This document shows positions 38,806 to 48,982 of a DNA stretch of 64,000 nucleotides, piece after piece. Numbering within the stretch: position 1 is the stretch's first letter; every line of letters begins with the position of its first letter. The notes under the pieces were generated by a model that worked only from the letters and a program-made list of their open reading frames with translations, was not told the origin of the DNA and searched no databases. The stretch spans positions 4,661 to 68,660 of the forward strand of contig CAYXED010000007.1 in assembly GCA_964463965.1 (NCBI GenBank), given 5' to 3'. Source of the DNA: an uncultured Nitrospiraceae bacterium. Its GTDB lineage: Bacteria > Nitrospirota > Nitrospiria > Nitrospirales > UBA2166. The position numbers and the translations under genes are program-made.

Positions 38806-40485
38806 TTATTTTTTAGTAGTTTGTTTTTTAATAAGAGCATCTTTTATTGCGATAAGTTCTGAAGAGCGCAGCAATAAATGTATTCCAAGGTACCCAGTAA
38901 TGCTTAATAGTACTGCCGATGCAAGAAGAAGTGCCTTTGCTGACCATGTTGCGTTGTCGGTCCAAATGGTATGGTCTGCAGCCCACTGACAAATAAATAT
39001 AACTGCAGAACATCCGAGAGTCGTGCGAAATAGTGAGGCAACAAGGCTGCCCCAGTTGAGAGGGCCTATTCGTTTTGTAAGTATGAATATGAGAATAGTA
39101 ACGTTGATTGTTGTGGCAAGTGATGTTGCTAACGCTAATCCCCCATGTTTAAGAGGACCAATCAATAGTAGTGAAAAAGTAAGGTTACATAATAATGCGA
39201 CTACTGCTATGCGAACTGGTGTGAGTGTGTCTTGTAATGCATAAAATGCAGATACTATAATTCGAATTGCTCCAAACGCCCACAAGCCAAGTGCATAAAA
39301 TAGTACTGCTTGCGCAGTGCCGTGTGTGGCTTCTGATGTGAACTCTCCATGTTCAAAAAATAGCTGAATAAGCGGAGTTCGGAGCATAATGAGGCCTATT
39401 GTGGCTGGAAGCATAAGAAAAAATACATGTCGCAGCCCAAACTCTATGCGCCTACTCAGTTCGTCACGTGTGCCGTCAATACTCAGTCCACTTAGTGAAG
39501 GCAGTATGGCGGTAGCCAAGGCTATTCCAACTAAACCTAGAGGAAAGTGTATCAACCTCATCCCATAGAATAAAAATGTAATGCTTCCTGTGGCTAAGAA
39601 CGACGCGAGAATTGTATTGATAAGTAAATTTATTTGTGTAACTCCGAGGCCGAAAATTGTTGGGAGAATTAATCTCCCAATTTTTTTTACTGCAGTATGC
39701 TGAAGGTCCCAGTGAAACGAGAGAGAAAAGTTGTGTTTGGTAAGACTTGGAAGTTGAAATAGGAATTGAGCAGCGCCACCAAGTGTTACTCCTATAGCAA
39801 TCGCATAAATTGGATTTGAAAGTTGGGGAGCGAGTAGAAAGGCAGATGCGATGATGGTTAGGTTAAAGATCACTGGGGCAAAGGCAGGAGCACCGAAGCT
39901 TCGTATAGTGTTGAGTATCCCCATTGCTAGGGCAGAAAGACCTATGAAAATTAAGTAAGGAAACATTATGCGAGTTAATTCTATAGTTAGAGTCCGCTTC
40001 TCCGGGTTGTCGGCAAAGCCCATGGCCATGATATCTACAATGATAGGGGCTCCTAGAACGCCCAAAATACAGACTGTAGTCAGTATTAAGAGAAATGTAG
40101 TGAATGCTGTGTTTGCTAGGTCTTTTACTATCTTATGTGGGTGACGTTTTACATACTCGCTAAAGACTGGAATGAATGCGGCAGACATGGAGCCTTCTGC
40201 AAAGAGTTCACGAAGCATATTTGGAATGCGGTAGGCAACAAAAAAAGCATCAGCCGCGAGGCTCGCTCCAAATAGTCGTGCTAGGACAATGTCACGGATA
40301 AAGCCTAGGATTCGGCTGAGGAAAGTGGCACCACTGATTAGAGCGGATGCACGTAGTATCTTTCCTTCCTCTGGAGAATGGCTAGGGGGTGGCGTATTTG
40401 TTGAGGTTTTTTTTAACAATGGTTGTCGTATGGTTTTTTGTGAGAAAGTATGGAAAACTATCTCATGTGTAGAGGCTCTATTCAA
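38806..40485 (-). CDS. murJ: Lipid II flippase MurJ (MviN)
   Basis: 559-aa polytopic protein with SRILGFIRDIVLARLFGA and FFVAYRIPNMLRELFAEGSMSAAFIPVF motifs. The N-terminal extent is uncertain. Confidence 0.9.
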   Translation of the reverse strand: MNRASTHEIVFHTFSQKTIRQPLLKKTSTNTPPPSHSPEEGKILRASALISGATFLSRILGFIRDIVLARLFGASLAADAFFVAYRIPNMLRELFAEGSMSAAFIPVFSEYVKRHPHKIVKDLANTAFTTFLLILTTVCILGVLGAPIIVDIMAMGFADNPEKRTLTIELTRIMFPYLIFIGLSALAMGILNTIRSFGAPAFAPVIFNLTIIASAFLLAPQLSNPIYAIAIGVTLGGAAQFLFQLPSLTKHNFSLSFHWDLQHTAVKKIGRLILPTIFGLGVTQINLLINTILASFLATGSITFLFYGMRLIHFPLGLVGIALATAILPSLSGLSIDGTRDELSRRIEFGLRHVFFLMLPATIGLIMLRTPLIQLFFEHGEFTSEATHGTAQAVLFYALGLWAFGAIRIIVSAFYALQDTLTPVRIAVVALLCNLTFSLLLIGPLKHGGLALATSLATTINVTILIFILTKRIGPLNWGSLVASLFRTTLGCSAVIFICQWAADHTIWTDNATWSAKALLLASAVLLSITGYLGIHLLLRSSELIAIKDALIKKQTTKK

Positions 40486-40591
40486 GTCCTCGAAGAAATC
40501 TTTGCTTTAAATGTAGAAACCTCCTCCAGCTAATGGCTATCATCTAGGGTCCTCTTGACAAGAGCGTGCTTTCTTTCAACACTGTTGAGTA

Positions 40592-41074
40592 ATGAAACCA
40601 ATAACTGTCAGCTTTTTTCTTTTAACTACTCTTCTGCTTATTTTCGGATTCGGCTGCATAGGAGACTTGCAGGAGGAACATAAAAATCAAGAAAATCTTG
40701 TTTCTGTTGCTCTTCCAAATGGAACGAAGTTTCTCGTTGAAATTGCAAATACTGATCAGCTTAGAGAACAGGGTCTTATGCATCGTGATCACTTGCCACC
40801 AGATCGGGGTATGTTGTTTGTTTTTGAACGCGAGCAAATCTGGGCGTTTTGGATGAAAAACACCCTAATCCCTCTTGATGTTATTTGGATGGATTCCAAT
40901 GGAAGGATTGTTGATGTTGCAGAGAATATGCAACCATGCAAAACGGCACCATGCCCACTTTATTACCCTACACACGTATCATTATTTGCTTTAGAGATTT
41001 CTGCAGGACGGTATGCTGAAGAAGGCCTTCAAGTTGGCATGAAACTAGTTTTTCCTCAGCTGCAGAATCTTTAA
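40592..41074 (+). CDS. DUF192 domain protein (secreted/lipoprotein-like)
   Basis: 160 aa with signal ...LLIFGFGC. It has the DUF192 pattern GLMHRDHLPPDRGMLFVF....FWMKNTLIPLDVIWMD..GRIV. Confidence 0.75.
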   Translation: MKPITVSFFLLTTLLLIFGFGCIGDLQEEHKNQENLVSVALPNGTKFLVEIANTDQLREQGLMHRDHLPPDRGMLFVFEREQIWAFWMKNTLIPLDVIWMDSNGRIVDVAENMQPCKTAPCPLYYPTHVSLFALEISAGRYAEEGLQVGMKLVFPQLQNL

Positions 41075-41126
41075 GTAGCACCATTTTTAATGTAGATTCT
41101 TATATAAAACATATTTGAGGAAAATC

Positions 41127-41606
41127 ATGAGTGAAAAAGTCGTTTCACTTGAAAAGTTAAAGGCTTTAATAGGACCTTTGCGACGAAATAGTAAAAAAAT
41201 TGTTTTTACGAATGGTTGCTTTGATTTGCTTCATGTTGGACATGTGCGTTCTCTAGAAGCCGCGCGTGCTTTAGGGGATCTCCTTGTTGTTGGATTGAAT
41301 AGTGATAACTCAGTTGCTCGTTTAAAAGGACCGGATAGGCCCATCGTTGAAGAAAATCATCGTAGTGAGGTATTGGCAGCTCTTGCTTGTGTTGACTACA
41401 TTGTAGCCTTTTCTGAAGATGATCCTCTGAAGCTTATCACTGCCGTGAAGCCAGACTTTTTAGTGAAAAGTGCTGATTGGGACCCCAAGATGATTATTGG
41501 CCGAGATGTTGTTGAAGCGAGAGGAGGTATTGTCACATCTACCCCTGAAGTTGGCGGTATATCTACTACCATATTGATCCAACGTATACAAAATTTGCTT
41601 CAATGA
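41127..41606 (+). CDS. D-glycero-beta-D-manno-heptose-1-phosphate adenylyltransferase (RfaE domain II-like cytidylyltransferase)
   Basis: It has FTNGCFDLLHVGHV (HxGH motif) and a stand-alone ~160-aa size. ATG 41127 follows GAGGA. Confidence 0.75.
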   Translation: MSEKVVSLEKLKALIGPLRRNSKKIVFTNGCFDLLHVGHVRSLEAARALGDLLVVGLNSDNSVARLKGPDRPIVEENHRSEVLAALACVDYIVAFSEDDPLKLITAVKPDFLVKSADWDPKMIIGRDVVEARGGIVTSTPEVGGISTTILIQRIQNLLQ

Positions 41607-44600
41607 GGATACTTTCATCTGAGGCAAACGTATTCAACCATTTTGACGGTCTTCTGCAGAAAGTTATCTCTCTCCTTAATGCTTCCTCCCAGGCTCCCAC
41701 GATTACTGGCTATACCAGTGCTGCAAAGTCACTTTTTTTGCTTCGCTTGGCGCAGCAGACTTTACGTACGACACTAATTGTCACACGTACAGAGGCAGAA
41801 GCAGACGCCGCTTTTGAGGATCTTTTGTTTTTTAAAGGCTTTTTTCAGGGACCTACTCCTCCGCTACATCGTTTTCCCGATTGGGATCTTTCGCCTTATC
41901 AAGTTGCTATACCTTCAATTGACCATGTAGCACTTCGTATGCAAACTCTTAATCAACTGTCTCTAGGCCATCCTGTAGTGGTTGTGGCGAGTATTGCAAG
42001 CTTGGTAAGAAAAATTTTACCTCAAAACATATTTCGGAAAAGTTGCCTGGATTTAGCTTCTGGAAAATCCCTTGCACGTGAGACTTTAGTAAAGCACTGT
42101 TTATGTTCAGGTTATCGGAATGTGTCAATCGTGCAGGATCCTGGAGAGTTCAGTGTTCGTGGGGGTCTTGTTGATATTTTTTCTACCGCGCACGATTTTC
42201 CTCTTCGTTTAGAATTTCTGGGAGATACACTCGAGTCAATTCGACCTTTTGATATTGATTCACAGATTTCAGGGCATGAGCAAAAAAGTGCTTTGCTTTT
42301 GCCTGCCAGAGAATACATTCTTAATGAATTTTATGAAGAAGCCTTTCAAGTCGGGATTGATTGGATGGCACCTACCCACTATCCCTCGATGGCAACATTA
42401 AGTGATTATTGTTCTGATCCTCCCATCATTGTTCTCGATGAACCCAAGGAACTTTTACAAGAAAGTAAATATTTAGAGCATAATGCCAAAGAAAACTGGA
42501 GTGAAGAATTTCCTTCTCCAGAAGAGTGGTATGCCTCATTTGAATCACTGACTACTGAAAGAGACGGTAAGGCTTTTATTGTTACAGAGCAAATTCCTCA
42601 TGCATATGCGTTTTCGACGCATGATAAAAATAATTCACCTGTGTGCATCGATTTAGCTTGTCGTTCACTTGAGAGTTTTGGTCTTGGTGTACAAGGAGCG
42701 TCTTTCTCAGCTCTTATTGAGACTATTGAAGAGCTTCGATCTCGTGGGTTAGTTTTTGTTATTGCGCGTAGTAATGGACAAGCCAATCGCTTAATCACAT
42801 TATTTGGCGAGCATAATTTACCTACTAAACTTTGGACTTCAGATGATCTGAACCTTTTTCGATCTTCAAATAAGACAAACCCAATTTATGTTTCACATGG
42901 CGTTTTATCTAGTGGTTTTTTTATTGCTGGCTTTGGGGCAATGATTCGTGAAGAAGATTTATTTGCTAAATCGACCCCTTACCGGCCGCAACGGCACTCA
43001 AAAAATACACATTTTCTCCCATCCGTGGAAGACATGAAAATTGGGGATCTTGTGGTATATGTTCAACACGGGATTGGTCGTTTTGCAGGACTTGGGCGGC
43101 TTGAAATTTCAGATTATGAACAAGAGTTTTTTAAGGTGGAATATGCCGGAAATGATATTGTTTATGTGCCTCTTGATCGAATGAATCAAGTTCAGCGTTA
43201 TCAAACTCAAGAAGGACGTGTGCCTCGTCTGGATAGTCTTCGAGGTACACGTTGGAATCAAACTAAATCACGTGTTAAGAAAAGTATTGAAGATATGGCA
43301 GAGGAACTGCTTGATCTTTACTCAAGACGTGAACTAGTTGACGGTTTTCAATATGGGGAAGATACCCTACTTTCTCATGAGTTTGATGCGGCATTTGAGT
43401 ATGAGGCAACGACGGATCAATTGAGAGCGATAGATGACGTAAAACAAAACATGGAATCTTCTCGTCCTATGGATCGTTTGGTCTGTGGGGATGTAGGTTA
43501 TGGAAAGACGGAGGTTGCTATGCGCGCTGCATTTAAGGCGGTTTTGGATAACCGTCAGGTAGCGATTTTGGTTCCAACAACCTTGCTTGCCAATCAACAC
43601 TTTCAGAACTTTTCTCGCCGCTTTGCGCCATTTGCAGTAACAATTGGTATTCTCAGCCGCTTTCAGTCCTCTAAGGAGCAGAGCAGCACTCTTGCTTCAG
43701 TGAAGGCTGGTGGCATTGATATTTTAATTGGAACTCACCGCCTCTTACAGAAAGATGTAAACTTTAAAAATCTTGGTTTAGTTATAATTGATGAAGAACA
43801 ATGGTTTGGAGTTAGGCATAAGGAGCGACTCAAGCAGCTTCGCCATGCAGTTGATGTACTGACGCTAACCGCTACACCTATCCCACGGACTCTTCAGCTC
43901 TCAATGTCGGCATTACGTGATCTTTCTGTTATTGATACTCCACCGCCTGGAAGACTTGCTATCAAGACTCAAGTGTTACGTACAGATGATCGCGTTGTGC
44001 GAGAAGCAATTCACTGGGAATTGAGGCGGGGAGGGCAGGTTTTTTTTGTACACAATAAAGTTGCATCGATCGAGCAAATTGGACTTTGGATAACCAAATT
44101 AGTTCCTGAGGCAAAAATTGGCATTGCGCATGGACAAATGGATACGCGTGCTCTCGAGTCTGTTATGCTGCAATTTTTAGAGAAAGATATTACTGTGCTT
44201 ATTGCAACTGCGATTATTCAATCAGGCTTAGATATCCCCTCGGCAAATACCATAATTGTAAACCGTGCAGACCAGTTTGGCCTTGCACAGCTATATCAGT
44301 TGCGTGGCCGGGTTGGGCGTGGTGGTCAGCAGGCATATGCCTATATGTTGGTTCCTAATGAGGCAGTTATTTCCAGTGATGCAAAGCGGCGTTTGCAAGC
44401 AATTGAAGAATTTTGTGAAATGGGGTCTGGGTTTCGAATTGCAGCCAGAGATCTTGAGATTCGAGGTGCAGGAAATTTACTCGGTAAACAACAGTCAGGG
44501 CAGATTGAAGCAGTTGGTTTTGAGTTATATGTCCAAATGCTGGAACAGGCCGTACGAGAGCGTCGAGGGGAAACTGTTCAGGAACCCTTAGATCCTCAAA

Positions 44601-45046
44601 TTAAGCTTCCAGTCTCGGCATATATTGGAGATGACTACGTTGAGGACCCCCATCAACGTTTGTCATTATATAAACGATTGTCGTCCTGTGGGACAATAAG
44701 TGATCTCGCGTTGCTTTATGGGGAAACTCTTGACAGGTATGGCCCAATTCCAGAATCATTTGAGCATTTGTTTCAGGTTATGGAAATAAAAATTTTGGCG
44801 AAAGCATTGGGGTTAGAACGGTGTGAAGTCACCTCATACGACATGAACTTTCATTTTGCAACTAATCAAGCACCTGTCACAGATGGGGTGCCAAATCTTA
44901 TTAAAAAGTATGGGAATAAAGTCAGGTTTTCTTCTCCACAATCAATTGAAATTATTCTTTCTACTTCTGTGTGGAGTGAAATGTTTAATTGTTTAAGAGA
45001 TGTACTAAATATTCTTCAAGGTTCTGCCACACCCTCTTTGCAATAA
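41603..45046 (+). CDS. mfd: Transcription-repair coupling factor
   Basis: 1147 aa with a UvrB-homology N-region and a CarD/TRCF RNAP-interaction domain ([14 protein letters not shown]). SF2 helicase motifs are [11 protein letters not shown] and [10 protein letters not shown]. The start overlaps the upstream stop (ATGA). Confidence 0.95.
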   Translation: MRILSSEANVFNHFDGLLQKVISLLNASSQAPTITGYTSAAKSLFLLRLAQQTLRTTLIVTRTEAEADAAFEDLLFFKGFFQGPTPPLHRFPDWDLSPYQVAIPSIDHVALRMQTLNQLSLGHPVVVVASIASLVRKILPQNIFRKSCLDLASGKSLARETLVKHCLCSGYRNVSIVQDPGEFSVRGGLVDIFSTAHDFPLRLEFLGDTLESIRPFDIDSQISGHEQKSALLLPAREYILNEFYEEAFQVGIDWMAPTHYPSMATLSDYCSDPPIIVLDEPKELLQESKYLEHNAKENWSEEFPSPEEWYASFESLTTERDGKAFIVTEQIPHAYAFSTHDKNNSPVCIDLACRSLESFGLGVQGASFSALIETIEELRSRGLVFVIARSNGQANRLITLFGEHNLPTKLWTSDDLNLFRSSNKTNPIYVSHGVLSSGFFIAGFGAMIREEDLFAKSTPYRPQRHSKNTHFLPSVEDMKIGDLVVYVQHGIGRFAGLGRLEISDYEQEFFKVEYAGNDIVYVPLDRMNQVQRYQTQEGRVPRLDSLRGTRWNQTKSRVKKSIEDMAEELLDLYSRRELVDGFQYGEDTLLSHEFDAAFEYEATTDQLRAIDDVKQNMESSRPMDRLVCGDVGYGKTEVAMRAAFKAVLDNRQVAILVPTTLLANQHFQNFSRRFAPFAVTIGILSRFQSSKEQSSTLASVKAGGIDILIGTHRLLQKDVNFKNLGLVIIDEEQWFGVRHKERLKQLRHAVDVLTLTATPIPRTLQLSMSALRDLSVIDTPPPGRLAIKTQVLRTDDRVVREAIHWELRRGGQVFFVHNKVASIEQIGLWITKLVPEAKIGIAHGQMDTRALESVMLQFLEKDITVLIATAIIQSGLDIPSANTIIVNRADQFGLAQLYQLRGRVGRGGQQAYAYMLVPNEAVISSDAKRRLQAIEEFCEMGSGFRIAARDLEIRGAGNLLGKQQSGQIEAVGFELYVQMLEQAVRERRGETVQEPLDPQIKLPVSAYIGDDYVEDPHQRLSLYKRLSSCGTISDLALLYGETLDRYGPIPESFEHLFQVMEIKILAKALGLERCEVTSYDMNFHFATNQAPVTDGVPNLIKKYGNKVRFSSPQSIEIILSTSVWSEMFNCLRDVLNILQGSATPSLQ

Positions 45047-45059
45047 TGGAGCTATAAAC

Positions 45060-45938
45060 ATGAGATTTTTCTTTCTGGCACTTAGCATATTCTTTTGTAT
45101 GACAGGTTTTTTATTGCCAAGTGGGGTGTTTTCTGAAGAATTGCTTGGGGAGGTTATTAAATTTAAACACAAAACTAAACTAACTACGGATATATTGAGA
45201 GTCAATGTAGTTGTCAACGATATAGGCTCTGAGGACCCTCGGCCGGTGGCGCTCTGGCTTTCGGATGATCCTATTTTTGAACCAGGAGATCGGTTTCTTG
45301 TTGAAGAGGTAATTAGTGATTATGAGCGTGCTCCTGGAATGATTGGGATGCCTGTTCGAACAAAATTGAAATTTTCACGCGCAGAAGAATTAGAGGGCAA
45401 GTTTGCAATTATTACTATTGGGACTGTGCGGGAAATTTTTGAGAAAGAAGGCACTGGGGTGGCTATTGTTCGAAAAATTGGACAACCCGATTGCATTTCT
45501 GATCTTTTTTTGCGTGAAGACGAACCCAATGATGATTTCGGGCAAGAAGATAATCTTGGTTCGCTCAAGCGTGATTACTGTGTTTTACTTGCAGGAACAA
45601 TGTTTTCAGATGCTTCTTCAGGACCTCTCCGTGACATTGATCGCTACCGTGTGCGTGTAAAAGAATCTTTGCGTGTTCAGGCTTTTTTAAACCATGGAGA
45701 GCAGTCTGACTTTGATTTGTCAGTTGCTATGGTTGACACTGAAGAGATTCTCGCAGTTTGTGAAAGTATCGCTTTACCAGAAGACTGTGTTTTTGAAGTT
45801 GAGGTCATTGATGAACCTGTAAACATTGAACTTATTGTTATTGCTGCCTCAGGAGTAGGTCCCTATAGTCTGACGTTAAAAGGCACCGCTCTTTTAGAAG
45901 AAGAAAGTCAGCTGCAGACATTTCAGCAGGGAAAATAG
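45060..45938 (+). CDS. Secreted hypothetical protein with C-terminal pre-peptidase (PPC)-like domain
   Basis: Signal peptide MRFFFLALSIFFCMTGFLLP. The C-half pattern DIDRYRVRVKESLRVQAFL....DFDLSV...D resembles bacterial PPC domains. The N-half is unrecognised. Confidence 0.5.
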   Translation: MRFFFLALSIFFCMTGFLLPSGVFSEELLGEVIKFKHKTKLTTDILRVNVVVNDIGSEDPRPVALWLSDDPIFEPGDRFLVEEVISDYERAPGMIGMPVRTKLKFSRAEELEGKFAIITIGTVREIFEKEGTGVAIVRKIGQPDCISDLFLREDEPNDDFGQEDNLGSLKRDYCVLLAGTMFSDASSGPLRDIDRYRVRVKESLRVQAFLNHGEQSDFDLSVAMVDTEEILAVCESIALPEDCVFEVEVIDEPVNIELIVIAASGVGPYSLTLKGTALLEEESQLQTFQQGK

Positions 45939-45999
45939 TTTCAGAAAAATGAAAATTATTTTTTTCCAGTTATGCTCTTTGATAATTTAAGGAGGAGTT

Positions 46000-46317
46000 A
46001 TGGTATTTAATTTTAAAATTTATTTATTTTCCAATCTTCTTTTAATTTTACTTGCTATTGGGGCTAATGTAGCAAGTGCTCAAAATCTAGTAACTGGAAC
46101 TATTAAACATATAGATGGTCCGCTAATGACGGTGGAAGAGGCTAGTGGCTCTGTTGTTGAGCTAAAAGTATCTCTTTCGACAGTAGTTGAAGGCGAAGGG
46201 GTGATGGGATATGGTGATCTGACTTCAGGGCAAGTAGTTACGATTGATGTCGTCAAATCCAGGCGAGGAGATGCTTTGATAGCAAAAAAAATTAATGTTG
46301 TAAAAGCCAAAATGTAG
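46000..46317 (+). CDS. Small secreted hypothetical protein (beta-rich)
   Basis: 105 aa with signal peptide ...ANVASA|QN. The G/V-rich beta-strand pattern shows no recognisable motif. Confidence 0.5.
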   Translation: MVFNFKIYLFSNLLLILLAIGANVASAQNLVTGTIKHIDGPLMTVEEASGSVVELKVSLSTVVEGEGVMGYGDLTSGQVVTIDVVKSRRGDALIAKKINVVKAKM

Positions 46318-46513
46318 GATGTGATAGATCAGAGTGTGCATTATTATGGGCATTTACACCGACTTTGTATATACGAAATTTTTTAAAATTAGATATAAGG
46401 TTTCCCATTTAATTACGACAGTTACTCGAAAGTGTTGCATGCATTGGCATAGATATGTAGACCTATTCTAATTGGTAGCATACCCTAGGGTCCTCCTACT
46501 TTAGTTCTCGTGT

Positions 46514-46582
46514 GAGAACGTGTTTGAGCTCTACGCCTTGCTCTATGGAGCATCTCCCTCCTAAACACGTTCTCTCATTTTT
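46514..46582 (+). terminator. Long-loop hairpin plus T5 tract (intrinsic-terminator-like, + strand)
   Basis: GAGAACGTGTTTG (46514-46526) pairs with TAAACACGTTCTC (46562-46574): 12 Watson-Crick pairs plus one G-U. It is followed by TCATTTTTA. An upstream GTTCTC (46504-46509) can pair with the same GAGAAC instead. Confidence 0.4.
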
Positions 46583-46639
46583 ACTGTAGAGACCTGAGTA
46601 TTCTGTGGAGAGGAGTTTTCTATTTAATTTAAACAGTAT

Positions 46640-47698
46640 CTAGGATAATTTTCTACGGGTCTTGACTGCATTGGCTAGGGTATGCAGGAGTATTTCAGTT
46701 GTTTCCCAGCCAATGCATGCATCTGTAATACTTTGCCCATAGGTTGGTGGAGTTCCTTCAACAAGGTCTTGGCGGCCTTCAAGAAGGTGACTTTCAAGCA
46801 TTACTCCAAAAATTTCGCTATTACCGGAGCTTATTTGCTGTGAAACGTCTAAGCATACATCTTGTTGCTTGTCATGCTGTTTGTTGCTATTAGAGTGGCT
46901 AAAATCAATCATTACCTTCAGGGGGAGGGAGGCTTTAGTAAGCATTCCCGTCACTTCTTTAACATGACTTGCATTATAGTTTGGCTTTTTCCCACCTCGG
47001 AGGATAATGTGACAATCAGGGTTTCCTGCAGTTGAGACGATGGCAGATCTTCCCTCCTTAGTAACTGAGAGGAAATGATGAGGCACACTGGCTGCTCGAA
47101 TCGCGTCAATGGCAACCTTTACCGTTCCATCTGTGGCATTTTTAAAGCCAACTGGACAGGAGAGACCTGAGGCGAGCTCTCGGTGGACTTGCGATTCCGT
47201 AGTTCTTGCGCCAATGGCACCCCAACTCATGACATCTCCAACATACTGTGGAGTTATCATGTCGAGAAATTCTCCAGCCGTAGGAAGGCCCATTTCATTG
47301 AGGTCGAGAAGAAGATTGCGAGCAATTCTCAAGCCGTCGTTAATACGAAAACTGTTATCAAGGTAAGGGTCGTTAATTAAGCCTTTCCAGCCAATGGTTG
47401 TACGAGGTTTTTCAAAGTAAACTCGCATGACAATTTCTAGGGAATCTTTGAAGAGTTTCCTCATGTCATATAGTTTTTCTCCATATTCCCTGGCGGCTTT
47501 ATCGTCATGAATGGAGCAGGGTCCAGCAATAACTAAAATGCGGTCATCTTTGTCTTTAAGAAAATTATGAATTGTCTGCCGAGCTTCAAATGCTGTTTTA
47601 GCCGCAGTTTTTGTCAGTGGAAATTTTTCAAGTAGGGTGTTTGGGGGCAGTAATTCTTTAATTTCCTTAATGTGTATGTCGTCGGTCTGATATTCCAT
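46640..47698 (-). CDS. aroG: 3-deoxy-7-phosphoheptulonate (DAHP) synthase, class I (AroG/F/H type)
   Basis: 352 aa with VIAGPCSIHD and EKPRTTIGWKGLINDP motifs. The isozyme (feedback specificity) is not assignable. Confidence 0.9.
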   Translation of the reverse strand: MEYQTDDIHIKEIKELLPPNTLLEKFPLTKTAAKTAFEARQTIHNFLKDKDDRILVIAGPCSIHDDKAAREYGEKLYDMRKLFKDSLEIVMRVYFEKPRTTIGWKGLINDPYLDNSFRINDGLRIARNLLLDLNEMGLPTAGEFLDMITPQYVGDVMSWGAIGARTTESQVHRELASGLSCPVGFKNATDGTVKVAIDAIRAASVPHHFLSVTKEGRSAIVSTAGNPDCHIILRGGKKPNYNASHVKEVTGMLTKASLPLKVMIDFSHSNSNKQHDKQQDVCLDVSQQISSGNSEIFGVMLESHLLEGRQDLVEGTPPTYGQSITDACIGWETTEILLHTLANAVKTRRKLS

Positions 47699-47822
47699 AT
47701 ATTGCTACCCTTTTCACTAAAAACTAGTCTGATGAGACCAAAATGTCCTAAAAGTACATTTGTGACGCATAATACTTGATCTGACGACTTTTTGACTATA
47801 CTATATTCCCCTGGGATAAGAT

Positions 47823-48125
47823 ATGCCTATGATGCTCCGTCAAAAACCTGTTGTGCTGTTGCTTACCCTCATCGTAACAGTGTTTTTTCTTTCCACGCCG
47901 CTCCTTGTTACCGGGCATAATCATTTTTCAGGCCATGATCATTCGGCATCTCACGCTACTCTTGAATGTCTATGGACGTGTGCGGCGTCTTCATTTGCTG
48001 TGCAGGAAATTTTCCTTTCACCAGAAGTGTCACTCCCAGTGTTTTTTGGAGGCACGCGTTCAGAAATTTTATATTCTCGAAATCTTACTTCAATTGCCCA
48101 GCCTCGCGCACCACCGCTTATCTAG
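47823..48125 (+). CDS. Small membrane-anchored His/Cys-rich protein (hypothetical)
   Basis: 100 aa with hydrophobic anchor VVLLLTLIVTVFFLSTPLLV, then GHNHFSGHDHSASHATLECLWTC. It is the first gene of a + strand array. Overlapping alternative-frame ORFs look spurious. Confidence 0.5.
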   Translation: MPMMLRQKPVVLLLTLIVTVFFLSTPLLVTGHNHFSGHDHSASHATLECLWTCAASSFAVQEIFLSPEVSLPVFFGGTRSEILYSRNLTSIAQPRAPPLI

Positions 48126-48237
48126 ATACAGTAATTCCTAATAAAATTTTGCTGTTTTCGTGTTGTGCCTTGTCATGTTTTGTTGATGGCATGACTGCAT
48201 TTCTTTAACCCTTTGAATAAGGTGAGGTTTTAGTGAC

Positions 48238-48975
48238 ATGAAGATTTTCAGACAATTTGGAATAATAGTTTTTGCAACAATGCTAGTAGCATATGCTGTG
48301 CATATTCATTCGATGTCGAAAATGGATGCAAGTTTATCTTTTGCACAGCATGATCCAAGTACTCATGATGTTCCTGCAAGTACGGGTGGTACTACTTCAG
48401 ACAGCGACCATGATCATATTTCCGCTGCTTCAACTGTATTTAAAGGGGCAATTTTTCATATCACACAGCCTGGATTACCGACTAACAGTCAACGATTGAT
48501 TGAGTTAAATACAGTCCCCTCGGGGCCATGGGTTTTTCAAGGAAATTGGAAACTTAAACTTGGTCCACTTACTGATGGAGATCGATCGGTTGAGAAGTTT
48601 AAAGCAAATTTCTCCATGATTAGGATTGAGGAACCTAATAAACCATTGGCTTCTGCTGGGACTGACCGTAGTTGGCATGCGATGCAAATTGAGATGACTC
48701 AGGGTAGTGTGATTAATATGGGTGGCGAAAAGCTACATGTGATTGGAATGGCAACTATTGGTGGTGATGGGCACAAGCATTTTATGCCAGAACCTATTGA
48801 ACTGATTTTGTCTGGTGGAGGCATGAAGAATCCTTCCAGGCTTGATATTTGGTTTGATGTGAGTCCTATACAAGTGACAAATATGTTCTTTACTGAGGGA
48901 GATGTTTCAAGTCCTAGAAATGCACGAGAGCATTTTGGAGGGGTGATTTTTGGAACTGTTGATACTGAGAAGTAA
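48238..48975 (+). CDS. Anchored/secreted hypothetical protein with N-terminal His cluster
   Basis: 245 aa with anchor FGIIVFATMLVAYAV, then HDPSTHD...SDSDHDH. The remainder has no motif I recognise. Confidence 0.55.
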   Translation: MKIFRQFGIIVFATMLVAYAVHIHSMSKMDASLSFAQHDPSTHDVPASTGGTTSDSDHDHISAASTVFKGAIFHITQPGLPTNSQRLIELNTVPSGPWVFQGNWKLKLGPLTDGDRSVEKFKANFSMIRIEEPNKPLASAGTDRSWHAMQIEMTQGSVINMGGEKLHVIGMATIGGDGHKHFMPEPIELILSGGGMKNPSRLDIWFDVSPIQVTNMFFTEGDVSSPRNAREHFGGVIFGTVDTEK

Positions 48976-48982
48976 TAGGCAG

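Noticed and set aside
46422-46481. A minus-strand 19-codon ORF (MLPIRIGLHIYANACNTFE) is preceded by AGGAGG (46497-46492).
   Set aside because: The 10-nt spacer is long, the peptide has no recognisable feature (too short and too polar for a TM toxin), and there is no conservation evidence. It is kept only as context for the 46.3-46.6 kb intergenic finding.
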